Assembly (NCBI GenBank): GCA_963782055.1
Contig: CAWAIF010000003.1
Location: 2,464,001-2,528,000, forward strand
Length of the DNA: 64,000 bases
Direction: 5' to 3'
Source: an uncultured delta proteobacterium
GTDB taxonomy: Bacteria > Myxococcota_A > Polyangia > Polyangiales > Polyangiaceae
Under the pieces are notes generated by a model. It did no database searches and had not been told where the DNA came from. It was given only the letters and a program-made list of their open reading frames with translations. The position numbers were made by a program, and so were the translations under genes. Of the stretch, positions 40,889 to 51,628 are shown piece by piece (the stretch's first letter is position 1; each line of letters opens with the position of its first letter).

Positions 40889-42441
40889 GAGGCACCTCCC
40901 TTCGAGCCCGCGCGGCCCAAGGGCAAGCCGAGCTGGTGAGGCTGTCGCCCGCGCGGTTGCGCCACTGCGGCACGGAGGCGTGCGCCTCCGCGCCTCCGGG
41001 CGCTCAACGCCTGCAGAGCGTGCTTGACGCCGGCGACGGACAAGGTGCCGGAGCGGACCGCGCGCCCCATCGCGTCGCGCAAGACGTCGTCACCGTACTG
41101 CTCGAGCAGCGCGTAGAGGTCCTCGACGCGACGGCTGGCGAGCTTCGGCTCGCGGTGGGTGATCTCGGTGAGCAGCGCGAGGGCATCGGAGCCGAGGTTG
41201 AGCAGCTGCTGGCGCTTCTCGTAGAGCTTGGCGCGCTTGCCGTGGACGGCGGCGATCTTGGCGGCGCGATGCTCTGGCAGCGGCGCGGGTGGCTCGCCCT
41301 TGCGCCTTCGGCGGTGCCACGCCTCGAAGCGGCCGGCGACGATGTGCAGGCGCTCCTCGTAGAGGAAGAGGGTGCCGGCGACATGCGTCGCCTGCGGCGG
41401 CATCGAGTACGGCACGCCCTCGAACATCACCTCGGCGGTGGGGCCCACGAAGACGGGGACGCGCAGGGCGAGCTTTTCCGGAAAGACCTTGACGGGGCGC
41501 AGGCGCGCGAGCTCCTCCTGGCGCCGTGTTTCCGGAATCTCGCCGGTGGCGCGCGAAGGCGTCCTGGTGTTGATCTCGACCTGCCACGCGGCGAGCTGCG
41601 CCTCGAGATCGGCTTCGTCCTGGAACTTGCGGTGCTTGAAGAAGGAGCTCTTCACCCAGCCGACGAGCCGCTCGACCGAGCCCTTCTGGTTGCCGCTGCG
41701 CGGCGCGCACATCTCCACGCCGACGCCGATGTCCACGATGGCCTGCGCGAAGGTGGCGTTGAACTCCTCGACGTCGCGCCCCTTGCCGGACTTCTTCACG
41801 ATGGTCCTGGGGCGGTCGAAGACGGCCATCAGGGGCAACCCGCCGAAGGCGACGAAGTGGCGCGCCAGGCAGCGCACAACCGTCTCGACGCGCTCGTTGT
41901 CGACGAGGGAGACGGCGACGAAGCGCGAGTACTTCAGGCGCGAGGCGAAGAAGTGGAACCGCTTCTTGCGGCCGCCGACGAACGTGACGTCGACGTGGCC
42001 GAAGTCGTGCTGCGAGAACTCGCCGGGCAGGCCCTCGAAGCGCACGACGGGGGCGGCGCGGGGTGGGCGGACGCCGGCGACCAGGGCGTAGAAGGCCGAC
42101 TTGTGTCCCGCGTACCCCGCCTGCGTCGCGCGACGCAGCAGCTCCTGGGTCGGAAGCTCGGGCTCCTCGGCGAGCCACGTGCGAACGCGCTCGGCGAAGG
42201 GCGTGGCTTTCGACGGCCGGCCGATGCCACGACCCACACGCGCCGCGGCGTCATCGACGACCGCCACCTCCTCCTCGCGCCTGACGCGGTCAACAGTCGC
42301 GACCGACGTACCCGTGCGCTCGGCAACGTCCTTGCGGGTGTGCCCCGCGTGAAGCAAGACCTGGATTTCGTGGCGCTTGAGCAGAGGCAGCATCTCCTCC
42401 GCATGCACCCGCCTGTGAGCCATCACCGGGGATTCCATCAT
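40885..42441 (-). CDS. istA: IS21 transposase IstA
   Basis: RFEGLPGEFSQHDFG, LKYSR, FDRP, KGSVER. Confidence 0.95.
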   Translation of the reverse strand: MMESPVMAHRRVHAEEMLPLLKRHEIQVLLHAGHTRKDVAERTGTSVATVDRVRREEEVAVVDDAAARVGRGIGRPSKATPFAERVRTWLAEEPELPTQELLRRATQAGYAGHKSAFYALVAGVRPPRAAPVVRFEGLPGEFSQHDFGHVDVTFVGGRKKRFHFFASRLKYSRFVAVSLVDNERVETVVRCLARHFVAFGGLPLMAVFDRPRTIVKKSGKGRDVEEFNATFAQAIVDIGVGVEMCAPRSGNQKGSVERLVGWVKSSFFKHRKFQDEADLEAQLAAWQVEINTRTPSRATGEIPETRRQEELARLRPVKVFPEKLALRVPVFVGPTAEVMFEGVPYSMPPQATHVAGTLFLYEERLHIVAGRFEAWHRRRRKGEPPAPLPEHRAAKIAAVHGKRAKLYEKRQQLLNLGSDALALLTEITHREPKLASRRVEDLYALLEQYGDDVLRDAMGRAVRSGTLSVAGVKHALQALSARRRGGARLRAAVAQPRGRQPHQLGLPLGRAGSKGGAS

Positions 42442-42510
42442 GAGGTGCCTCTCTTCCGGGAGCCCTCAGATTTTCCGGAATGGGTGCCCTCAGATTTTCC
42501 GGAACCATCA

Positions 42511-43096
42511 TCTGTCGCTGGCGGCCCGCATCGCGGATCTTCGGGCCGTACATCACGTCGCTCATCCAGAGGTCGCCGGCGCTCTCGTGCTCGAAGCGAC
42601 GCCGGTCTTTGCTCGTCGGCTCCTCGGGCTGCTTCTTCATGAGCCCGCGGCGCGCGAGCACGCGGTGCACCGTCGACTCGGGGAGCGCGACCTCGTCGGT
42701 GACGACGTGGGCGTGGTCGGCGCGTGCGACCTTGATCAGCGCGGGGATCGAGAGCTCGGGCGAGTCCTCCTTCATCTGGCAGAGCAGGTCGACGACGTGC
42801 ATCGGGATCGACCGCGTGCTGCCCTGGTCGGCTCGCACGCGCGGCGCCAGCGCATCGAAGCCACCTTGGCGGTAGGCACGGAGCCAGCCGCGCATCGTCT
42901 CCGGCGCGACGTGCCGGCGCAGCGAGCCGGGGATCGTGTAGTCGAGCTCGGCCTTCTTTGCGAGCAGCGCATAGAGGCCGCGGTGGTGCGGCTCGAGGTG
43001 CACGAGGTCGGCGATGACGCCGTAGCGGAAGAGCGCGATCTCGCGCCGGCGCTCGTCGATCTCGGGTGTCGGTGTGTCGTGGGAATCGGTGTGCAT
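42511..43096 (-). pseudogene. Mu/Tn552-like DDE transposase, N-terminal half
   Basis: EIALFRYGVIADL, HTH, RRFEHESAGDLWMSDVMYGP; cut by IS21; continues at 56737. Confidence 0.85.
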
Positions 43097-43214
43097 GGCG
43101 GATGCCTTCGGTGCGCTCGCCCGAACCCTTTCCGAGCGGCGTGCCGGCAAGCTCGGCGAGATCGCCGCCGGCAGCCGGCACCCTTTCGTGTGGGCCGGCC
43201 GCGGCGACCCCCGG

Positions 43215-43865
43215 TCACCCGGTCGCCCGCGTGCGCAATCCGAGAGGGACGGGCAACGCACCGAGGTGCCGCTCGCCGAGCTCGCGCAGCACGACGAGCA
43301 CGCGATGGCACCCGAGCGCCTCGCGGAAGGCGGCGAGCGTCGGCCTGACGCCTGCGAACCGCTCGGGCATCAGCGTCGCGATCGCGAGCAGCGCGGCGCG
43401 CACCGCCGATGCCCGCCGACGGATTGACCTCAGCGCGCACACGAGCCCGACGGCGTCGTCGGCGTCCGGCGGGTGCACCGCGTCCACCGCCGCCGCGACA
43501 CCGCCGGCGGCCTCCACCGCGGTGACGACGTCTTCGACCGCGGCGAGCGTGCCGGAGAGCCGCGCCGCGAGGAACGACGGCAAGAGGCTGATCGACGCCC
43601 GCTGCTTGGGGCACCACCAGCGCGCGACGCGCACGCCTGCGGGCTCGACGCGGGGGTAGCTCCCGAGCTTCTCGAGGCCGCAACCGCCCTCCGGGTGGAA
43701 CGGGCAGCTGTCGAGAATTGCGCTTTCCCACGCACGTTGAGTAACGTAGCCCTCGTCGGAGAGCGGGCATTTCCACAGAACTTGCACGGCGCTGACACGA
43801 GCCCGCACGTGGTCCAGACGTGCGGGCTCACTCCTTTTGTCCGACGCATGCTCGCGCGCCGGCAC
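43215..43865 (-). CDS. Cys/His-motif accessory ORF of the Mu-like transposon
   Basis: CPFH...GSYPR...RWWCP...SLLPSFLA; lies upstream of the transposase; start uncertain. Confidence 0.65.
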   Translation of the reverse strand: MPAREHASDKRSEPARLDHVRARVSAVQVLWKCPLSDEGYVTQRAWESAILDSCPFHPEGGCGLEKLGSYPRVEPAGVRVARWWCPKQRASISLLPSFLAARLSGTLAAVEDVVTAVEAAGGVAAAVDAVHPPDADDAVGLVCALRSIRRRASAVRAALLAIATLMPERFAGVRPTLAAFREALGCHRVLVVLRELGERHLGALPVPLGLRTRATG

Positions 43866-44008
43866 GTCTCACCACGAATTCCTGGTGATCGCCGCCGGCC
43901 TGCGCCGCGTCTCAGGTGCCGGACTGCGCCAACGTCTCAGGAGATTGAACGGGCGCAGAGACCGGGAGAGACCAAGCGGGGGATCACGAGGGAAGGCGAG
44001 GCCCAACA

Positions 44009-44986
44009 CTCGCGCTCCGCCAGCATCCAGCCGACGACGTAGCGGCTGTAGATGTCGAGGACGACGTACAGGTAGTAGTAGACCCACTTGCTCGGGCCGA
44101 GCAGCTTGGTGATGTCCCAGCTCCAGACCTGGTTGGGGCCGGTCGCGAGCAGCTGCGGCGCCGCGTAGTGCGGATGCCGCAGCTGGTTTCGGCGCTCGCG
44201 CACCTCGGCGTTCTCCGCGAGGATGCGGTACATCGTGCGCACCGAGCAGAGGTAGCGGCCCTCCTCCAGCAGCGTGGCGTGCACCTCCGGCGGCGCGAGG
44301 TCCGCGAAGCGAGGCTCGTGCAGCACGTCGAGCACCTGCTGGCGCTCGGTATCGGGCAGGCGTCGTGGCGGCGAGGATCGACGCGGCCGTGGTCCCAGCA
44401 CGGGCGCCCGCTTGCGGTAGTAGGTGGCGCGCGGCACGCCCAGGGCCCGGCACGTCTCGCTGACGCCGTGGCGGGGCCCCATCTCGATGGCGAGGCTCAC
44501 GACCTCTTCTCGTCCTCGGGCTCCGGCAGCGCGATGCCCAGAATTTCCGAGATTTTTTTTGGAGCTCCACGAGCGCCTCGGCCCGCTCGGCGCGCTTGGT
44601 GAGCTGGCGGACCTTCCGCTCCAGCTCGGCCACCTTGCGGTCCTCGGCGGTAACCTTCTCCTTCGGTCCTCGCTTCTTGGCTTCGAGCGCTGCGCGGACC
44701 TCCTCGCGCCAGGCCGTCAGGTGCGAGGAGTACAGCCCCTCTCGCCGCAGCAGCGCGGTGACGGCGCCTCGCTTCTCCGCGCAAGCATCCGCCTCACGCA
44801 GGATCTTCTCCTTGTACCTGTCGGTGAAAACCCGCCGCGTGGCCTTCGACGACACCTCGACCTCCTGCTTCGTGCCCGGTGTCGAAGACATCATGGATTC
44901 CATCGGTCATGCCAGTCCTCGCCCTGCAGGTTGGGTCAGAAATCTCGGAGGGGGCGGCTGTCTCACCCACGTTGGCACGCAGGGCA
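44009..44986 (-). mobile_element. IS3-family element, left half (orfA and 5' orfB)
   Basis: orfA LLRREGLYSSHL..WR (starts 44903); orfB PNQVWSWDITKL..LDIYSRYVVGW (starts 44500); end motif TGCCAACGTGGGTGAGACAGCC; A8 run at the orfA end. Confidence 0.88.
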
Positions 44987-45302
44987 GGCCGAGCCTTCCG
45001 CCGGTGCAGAAGTCGTTGGCTCCGACCAGCCAGGAAGCCGGGACCTGGCCGAAGCTGCCCAGGCCTCCGGCGTTCCATACCGCGCTCGTCTCCTGCGTGC
45101 GGATGCCAGCGCCCCCGCCGCCGCAGTTGCCGCCGGGCGTCGAGACGACCCGCTCCGGCAAGAGCGTCGTGGTGAGCGGCGCGCTGGAGGAGCCCACGGC
45201 CTCGACCGAGCTCGTGGACGAGCAGCCCGCCGCTGCGACCGACACCGCTGCGAACGCCGCGCAGACACTGACCCAACGGCTCACCACAATGGTTCGTCTC
45301 AT
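44987..45302 (-). pseudogene. Lipoprotein gene truncated by the IS3 element
   Basis: MRRTIVV...AAAGC lipobox; frame runs into the IS3 end. Confidence 0.55.
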
Positions 45303-45482
45303 GATCACCTCCGCGACCGTTCCGGGGCCGTCCGTCTGGCGGCGACGCTGACCGTGCCCCGCATGGGCCGCCTCGCACATTCCCCGCGCGGGGGAACACG
45401 TGTCCCCCGCGCGGGGGATCCCGCGGGAGAAGCGCGGCGATCCTGACGGCCTACGGGCGGCGGAAAATCGGCGCGGACGATC

Positions 45483-46634
45483 TCAACTAGCCGCGCGCAG
45501 CTCGATCCGCGTGACCTCCGCCGGCGCGCCGACGCGCATCGGCGGGCCCCAGTAGCCGGTGCCCTTGCTCACGTAGATGGTGGTGCCGTGGTCCTGGTGC
45601 AGGCCGGCGACGTGCGGCTGGTCCAGCCGGACCAGGTAGCCCCACGGCCAGATCTGCCCGCCGTGGGTGTGCCCGGAGAGCTGCAGGTCCACGTCGTGGG
45701 CGATGGCCTCGCCGATGGTCTTCGGCTGGTGCGCCATGAGCACCACCGCGCGCGCGGGGTCGCGGCCATCCATGGCGCGCGGGACGTCCTCGCCGTGGCC
45801 GTGGCCGAACTGCTTCGCGCTGTGGTCGTCGACGCCGGCGAGGTCGAAGCCCGCGTCGCCGCCGATCGGCAGGCGTTCGTTGCGGAGTACACGGATCCCC
45901 AGCGTGCGCAGGTGGGCGATCCACGCGTCGACGCCGGAGTAGTACTCGTGGTTGCCGGTGACGAAGTAGACGCCGTCCTTCGCGCGCAGATCGCGCAGGG
46001 GCTCGACGAGCGGACCGAGCTCCTCCACCGAGCCGTCCACCAGGTCCCCGGTGATGCAGATCATGTCGGCGTTCTGCGCGTTGGCGATCTGGACGATCTC
46101 CTCGACGAAGTCCTTGCCGATGGTGGGCCCCACGTGCACGTCGGTGAGCTGGACGATGGTGTAGCCGTCGAGCGCCTTCGGGAAGCGACGCAGCGGGACG
46201 CGCACGCGGGCGACGCCGACCCGCTTGAGCACGTTGGCGACGCCCACGCCGCCGAGCACCACGCCGACCAGGCCCGCGCCGCCGGCGAGGATGCGCGCGA
46301 GGGCGAGGCGCCGCTCCGGGTCGAAGCCACCGAGGCGCGCGGCGGCGCGGACGAGCTCCATCGGCACGAGGGTGAAGAAGAGGATGGCCATCAGGCCCAT
46401 CCAGGTGAAGGCGACCCACGCGATGGGCGTCTCCACGCTGCGCGGCACCACGCGCATGACGGGCATGGCGACCGCCATCAGCACGCCCAGCACCACGATG
46501 GCCCAGGTGGCGAGGCGCGCGTAGCTGGCGGGGAGCGCGGCGTCGCGGACCAGGCGCACCCAGAGGTAGTAGTGGATGCCGAAGGTCACCCCCAGCACCA
46601 CGGCGAGAAAGAGGATCATCCGCCCTACGGGCAT
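45483..46634 (-). CDS. Membrane-bound metallophosphoesterase
   Basis: DVH, GDLVD, GNHE, SGHTHGGQ; N-terminal TMs. Confidence 0.93.
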   Translation of the reverse strand: MPVGRMILFLAVVLGVTFGIHYYLWVRLVRDAALPASYARLATWAIVVLGVLMAVAMPVMRVVPRSVETPIAWVAFTWMGLMAILFFTLVPMELVRAAARLGGFDPERRLALARILAGGAGLVGVVLGGVGVANVLKRVGVARVRVPLRRFPKALDGYTIVQLTDVHVGPTIGKDFVEEIVQIANAQNADMICITGDLVDGSVEELGPLVEPLRDLRAKDGVYFVTGNHEYYSGVDAWIAHLRTLGIRVLRNERLPIGGDAGFDLAGVDDHSAKQFGHGHGEDVPRAMDGRDPARAVVLMAHQPKTIGEAIAHDVDLQLSGHTHGGQIWPWGYLVRLDQPHVAGLHQDHGTTIYVSKGTGYWGPPMRVGAPAEVTRIELRAAS

Positions 46635-46697
46635 GGCTGATTGGATGCCATCTCGGGCGGCGGCGGCTCGTGAAGAATCATCAAGGAGCCGCCACCG

Positions 46698-48517
46698 TCA
46701 CGAGGATACGGGGCGGGACGCCTTGCGGTGGCCGCGCGGACGCTTCCCCGCGGCGGCGAGCATCTCCTCCAGCGTGGTCACCTGATCGCTCGCCGAGAGC
46801 GGCGCGGGGGTCTCGTCCTGCTCCACCTCCGGCAACAGGGGCGAGCTGGCGGGACCCTTCGCCGCGATCTCCCAGCGTGCGGCGAGCTCGGTCGCGATGC
46901 GGGCGATGAGGGGGCGGGTGGTCTCGCGCTTCGTGGCGACGAGGAAGACCGCCTGCGGGTGGGCCCGGCGCAGGGCACCGAGCTCCGCCTTCTGGAGCAG
47001 ATCGCACTTGTTGAAGACGAGCACCAGCGGGAGGCGGTCGAGCGACAGAATCCTCCAGGACCTTGTGCGTCGTGGCCATGTGCTCGTCCTTGGCCGCGTC
47101 GCTCGCGTCCACCACGTGCAGGAGAAGGTCTGCGTCGGCGGCCTCCTCGAAGGTGGCGCGGAAGGCGGCGAAGAGGTCCTTGGGCAGGTCCCGGATGAAG
47201 CCGACGGTGTCGGTGACGACCACCTCGCGATCGCCGTAGCCCGCCCAGCCGACGCGCAGGGTGCGCGAGCGGGTGTCCAGCGTGGCGAAGAGCTTGTTCT
47301 CGGCGAGCACCGTGGCGCCGGTCATCGTGTTGAGCAGGGTGCTCTTGCCGGCGTTGGTGTACCCGACGATGGCGACCGTCGGCACCTCGCCGCGCGTGCG
47401 CTTGCGACGCCGCTGCGCGCGCTGCTTCGCCAGCTCCTTGAGCTGCGACTCCAGGTGCGACACCTTCTCCTTGGCACGCCGGCGGCCGATCTCCAGCTTC
47501 GTCTCGCCGGGGCCGCGCCCGCCGATGCCGCCGGTGAGGCGGGAGAGGGCGTCGTCCTTCTGCGCGAGGCGCGGGAGGCTGTACTTGAGCTGCGCCAGCT
47601 CCACCTGCAGCTTGCCGTCCCGGCTCTCCGCGCGCTGCGCGAAGATGTCCAGGATGAGCTGCGAGCGATCGATGACCTTCAGGTCGCTCTGCTTGGCGAT
47701 GGCGGAGGCCTGCGCGGGGCTCAGGTTGCGGTCGAAGATGAGGGTCTCGGCGTCCAGCTCGGCGGCGCGCAGGATGACGTCGTTCAGCTTGCCCTGGCCC
47801 ATCACCGTCTTCGGGTCGACGCGCTCGCGGACCTGGATGATGGTGTCGGCCACCTCGACGCCGGCGGTGCGGGCGAGCTCGCGCAGCTCGCGCACGCTCT
47901 CCTCCGCGCGCGCCAGGGCGCCGGCGCCGCTCGTCTTGGCGGCGACGTGCACCAGGATGGCGCGGCCGTCCTTGGCCCGGACCTCCCGCGCGCGCGACTG
48001 CCGGGCGAACTCGCTCTCCAGGTCGCTCATCAGCCGCAGGACGTCCACCTCCGCGCGGGCGATGGGGACCGGGCCGGTGATCTGGTAAGGCGGCTTGCCG
48101 GGCACGTTGTGCGCCCACTGCACGAAGCGCGGCTCCCCGTCGTGAGCGATCTCGGATCGCGGCGACGAGATCGAGGCGCAGGCGGACCAGGTCGATGAGA
48201 TCGTCCTGCGTGAGCGGCTCGCCGCGCACGTGGGTGTGGATCAGCCGCACGCCGCGGAAGCGGCCCTCCGCGGCGCGCAGGCGGCCGATGTCGGGGAGCA
48301 CCAGCTTCCCGGCGTCGCCCACGACGACGTAGTCCACCTGCCCGGAGCGGTGCACCAGCGCGCCCACCTGCCGGCCCGCCTCGCGCGAGGCGTCGACCAG
48401 CGAGCGCACCAGCTCGGGCGTCATGAGCTTGTCGCCGGGGACGCGGCGCCGGTAGATGCGCTCCAGCGTCTTGATGGCGGAGGGAGAGAGGCCGGTCTTG
48501 TTGCCGTAGATCTCGAT
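46698..48517 (-). pseudogene. hflX: GTPase HflX, two apparent +1 frameshifts (about 48153 and 47050), probable ATC start
   Basis: IYGNKTGL N-terminus, GPGETKLE, GYTNAGKSTL, LFATLD, DTVGFI and NKCD spread over three frames; may be sequencing error. Confidence 0.88.
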
Positions 48518-48538
48518 GGCGGGAGCTCCTCCCGGAGC

Positions 48539-49837
48539 CTACTGCGTGGGGCCGCAGGTCGCGCCCGAAGCGGGGATGGCCCAGTTCAGGAGGTTGCGCT
48601 TCGGATAGTACATGCTGAAGCCGAAGCACATCTCGTCCTCGGTGTTCACCCCGAACTTCACCGCGGTGTCCTTCGGGTTCTGCCACACGCACCGAGTGGT
48701 CGCCACGTCGCCCGCCTGGAGCGTCGCGTCGACCGGCCGCCAGTGCTGGTAGTCGAAGTTGAAGTTGGGGTCGGTGCCCAGATCGATCGGCCCGCCACCC
48801 TGCGCGGGCGCCAGCGTGGTGGAGATGGAGAGGCCGATCTGGTGCATGTGGGGGAAGCCGGAGAAGACGTGCACGCCCGCCAGGTTGGCGTCGACGGTGT
48901 ACTTGCAGGACCAGTCCAGCGTGGCGTGGGGCGGCACGGTGAACTTCATCGACCCGAAGGCGAAGACGTCGGCGTCGTTGGGGCGGAGCTGGTCGGTGGT
49001 GCAGAGGTCGAAGCCGGTCTTGTCCTGCTCGCCGGCGAGGTGGTTGATGTTGTTGTAGTGGACCTGCACCACGTAGTGGGTGGTCCCCTCCTGCGGGAAG
49101 CCGGCCTCCGGCGGCAGCACGAGCGTGGCACCACCGGGCGCCCACGCGTAGACGACGGTCCAGCCGATGTCGCCGAAGTCGTTGTCGCAGATGCGCGGCG
49201 TGCCGTCGTAGCTGGTGGGGCCCTGCGACTGGAAGAGCAGGATGTGGTGGACGATCGTCTTGTCGTCGACGTGCGGCGCGATCTGGATGACCTGCCGCTT
49301 CTGCGCCGGCGTCACGTCGAAGCCGTAGCAGACGTAGTCGTTGGCGTCGGCCTGGGGCATCGTCCAGGCGCTGGTGGGGGCGATGTGGGTGTCCGGGGTG
49401 CAGGCGTTGGGGTCCGCCGCGTCGGCGCCCGCGTCGTCGTTGCCGCCGCCGCAGGTGTCGCCGGCGGACCGCGCCGGGGCGCCGGCCGCGATCCAGTCGT
49501 CGAGGACGGTCGTGTCCTGCGGCGAGAGGCGCGGGTTGGGCGGCTGCGGCATCGGCGCCTTGTCGTCGTGGATGCGCGCGCCCATCATCTGGTAGACGGG
49601 CGTCTTGCCGTCGGAGTGCGCGAGGGCGTGCACGTCCTCCCAGTTCACCAGCGGCATGGGCGCGCCGTAGACGGGCGGGGCCTGGTGGCACGTGCGGCAG
49701 TTGCGTGCGAGCACGTCATCGACGGCGCAGGGCAGCGGCGTGCCGCTCGATGTGGACGTGCCCCCGCAGGCGGGGGCGAGGGCGCTGCCGGCCCCCAGCG
49801 CAGCGAGGACGAGAAACCAGGGCCGAGGCAAATGCAC
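48539..49837 (-). CDS. Lipoprotein with a CxxCH domain and a copper type II ascorbate-dependent monooxygenase (PHM-like) domain
   Basis: CRTCH; VHHILLF, QVHY, PHMH and EMC Cu-ligand motifs. Confidence 0.85.
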   Translation of the reverse strand: MHLPRPWFLVLAALGAGSALAPACGGTSTSSGTPLPCAVDDVLARNCRTCHQAPPVYGAPMPLVNWEDVHALAHSDGKTPVYQMMGARIHDDKAPMPQPPNPRLSPQDTTVLDDWIAAGAPARSAGDTCGGGNDDAGADAADPNACTPDTHIAPTSAWTMPQADANDYVCYGFDVTPAQKRQVIQIAPHVDDKTIVHHILLFQSQGPTSYDGTPRICDNDFGDIGWTVVYAWAPGGATLVLPPEAGFPQEGTTHYVVQVHYNNINHLAGEQDKTGFDLCTTDQLRPNDADVFAFGSMKFTVPPHATLDWSCKYTVDANLAGVHVFSGFPHMHQIGLSISTTLAPAQGGGPIDLGTDPNFNFDYQHWRPVDATLQAGDVATTRCVWQNPKDTAVKFGVNTEDEMCFGFSMYYPKRNLLNWAIPASGATCGPTQ

Positions 49838-49884
49838 GCCTCATCTTCGCACGGGTCGGCTCGGCTTGCCGTCGTAAACCGCGC

Positions 49885-50448
49885 TTACTTGTTGACCCGC
49901 TCCAGATAGGCGCCGGTGCTGGTGTCCACCTTGACCCACTCCCCCTCCTTGATGAAGAGCGGGACGTTGACGGTGGCGCCCGTGGACAGGGTCGCGGGCT
50001 TGGTCGCACCGCTGGCGGTGTCGCCCTTGATTCCGGGCTCGCTGGAGGAGATCTGCAGCACGACCGTGGGGGGCATGTCGACGCCGATGGGGTTGCCGTT
50101 GAAGAGGGTGACCTCCAGCTCCATGCCCTCCGCCAGCCAGCGGGCGTCGTCGCCGACCTTGTCGCGCTCCACGTTGAGCTGATCGCCGGTGCTGGTGTCC
50201 ATGAAGACGAAGGAGTCCGCCTCCGCCCAGGAGTACGTCATCTTCCGCTCCTCGACGTCGGCCAGCTCCACCGACTCGCCGCTCTTCCACGTGCGCTCGA
50301 TCACGTTGCCGTTGAGCAGGTTGCGGATGCGGCACCGGGTGAACGCCTGGCCCTTGCCGGGCTTGACGAACTGGTGCTCGACGACGTGGTACGGCACGCC
50401 GTCGAGCTGGAGGCGGAGGCCCTTGCGGATGTCGGTCGTGGTCGCCAT
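49885..50448 (-). CDS. efp: Elongation factor P
   Basis: KPGKG, KPATLSTGA, VPLFI, YLER. Confidence 0.97.
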   Translation of the reverse strand: MATTTDIRKGLRLQLDGVPYHVVEHQFVKPGKGQAFTRCRIRNLLNGNVIERTWKSGESVELADVEERKMTYSWAEADSFVFMDTSTGDQLNVERDKVGDDARWLAEGMELEVTLFNGNPIGVDMPPTVVLQISSSEPGIKGDTASGATKPATLSTGATVNVPLFIKEGEWVKVDTSTGAYLERVNK

Positions 50449-50614
50449 GGCGCGGCGTCAGGTAGCACGGCGGTGAGGGGGCCGGCAAGACCGCCGCTGT
50501 CCCGGGGAGCGGCGGGGCCCTCCCCGCGCGGGCCATCCGCTACGCGTCGGGCGCGCCACCCGCGAGAGAAGCCCCGCGTGGCGGATTTTCCGGTCTTCGG
50601 GTATTGCAGACTGC

Positions 50615-51475
50615 ATGCACGAGGTCGACGACGAGCTCCGCGACATCAAGCGCGAGATCATCGAGTCGCGCGGGCTCGTCATCAAGACGAACAACCTGAC
50701 GAACGCGCTCAGCGCCGACATCAAGTCCATCGCCAAGCGGCAGCAAGGCTACGAGCGGCGCATCTCCTGGAACAGCGCCACGGCCTACATCGTCTTCGTC
50801 CTGGTGGTGTTCACGGCGCTCAAGTTCGCCTGGGACGCGCGCGTCGACGCCATCCGCGCCGAGACGGACCAGAAGACCGCCGAGAACGAGCGGCTGCGCA
50901 AGGACTCGCGGGAGGAGGAGAAGCGCGACGAGGACCGCGCCCGCGCCGAGCAGAAGGCGGCGCAGTTCTACGAGCTGGTGCGACAGGGCAAGCGGGTGGA
51001 GCTGGTGGACGGCTACGACGCCATCCAGAAGGAGCCGCTCACCAAGGCGGAGCAGGCGGTCTTCGCCGACGCGGTGGAGAAGGCGCGCAACGAGCTCGCC
51101 GCGCAGCTCTACCAGCAGGGGCTGGACAAGGCGCGCGTCCAGCGCTGGCAGGAGGCGGCGACGGCGTTCGAGGAGTCGCTCAAGTACAAGAGCACCTCCG
51201 CCATCGCGCCCAACGTGCGACTGGGCCTCGCGAGCGCCTACCGCCACCTGGGCCGCCCGCGCGACGCCATCCCGCTGCTCACCGCGCTGTCCGACACCTC
51301 GCAGGACAAGGAGATCCAGGACGACGCGCTCTACACGCTCGCCTACTGCCAGATGGACATCCAGGCCTGGAACGAGGCGAAGAACACCTGGCGCGCGCTC
51401 ATCCACCGCTTCCCCGACTCGCACTTCACCCCGGAGGCGAAGCTCCAGCTCGCCCAGCTCCAGGTGATGCACTGA
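50615..51475 (+). CDS. Coiled-coil, TM and TPR protein (CpoB/YbgF-like C-terminus)
   Basis: ALYTLAYC...A..TWRALIHRFPDS TPR motif. Confidence 0.75.
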   Translation: MHEVDDELRDIKREIIESRGLVIKTNNLTNALSADIKSIAKRQQGYERRISWNSATAYIVFVLVVFTALKFAWDARVDAIRAETDQKTAENERLRKDSREEEKRDEDRARAEQKAAQFYELVRQGKRVELVDGYDAIQKEPLTKAEQAVFADAVEKARNELAAQLYQQGLDKARVQRWQEAATAFEESLKYKSTSAIAPNVRLGLASAYRHLGRPRDAIPLLTALSDTSQDKEIQDDALYTLAYCQMDIQAWNEAKNTWRALIHRFPDSHFTPEAKLQLAQLQVMH

Positions 51476-51628
51476 GCGGTGTCCAGGAGTCGAGGCGTGC
51501 GACGGAGCCGCACTGCCGCGGGATAGGCTCGGCTCGGCCGAGAGGGCGCCCCACGGAGGCGCGGACGTTGGCGACGACCCGGACGGCGTTGATGGGCGCC
51601 AGGCGATCCGGCGGCTCCCGCGGACCTA

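Larger units (their letters stand above)
40076..42510 (-). mobile_element. IS21-family element, copy A (2435 bp)
   Basis: Ends TGATGGTTCCGGAAAATCTGAGG and TGTGCGTTCCGGAAATTCTGAGG with internal repeats; istA and istB. Confidence 0.95.
42511..44008 (-). mobile_element. Left half of the three-gene Mu-like/ExeA transposon
   Basis: TGTTG end at 44008 preceded on the minus strand by GCGAG, matching GCGAG after the AACA end at 58513. Confidence 0.8.

Noticed and set aside
45379..45430. Type I-E-like CRISPR repeat (GTGTCCCCCGCGCGGGGGAT)
   Set aside because: Only two units 8 nt apart, no spacers, and no cas genes in the window
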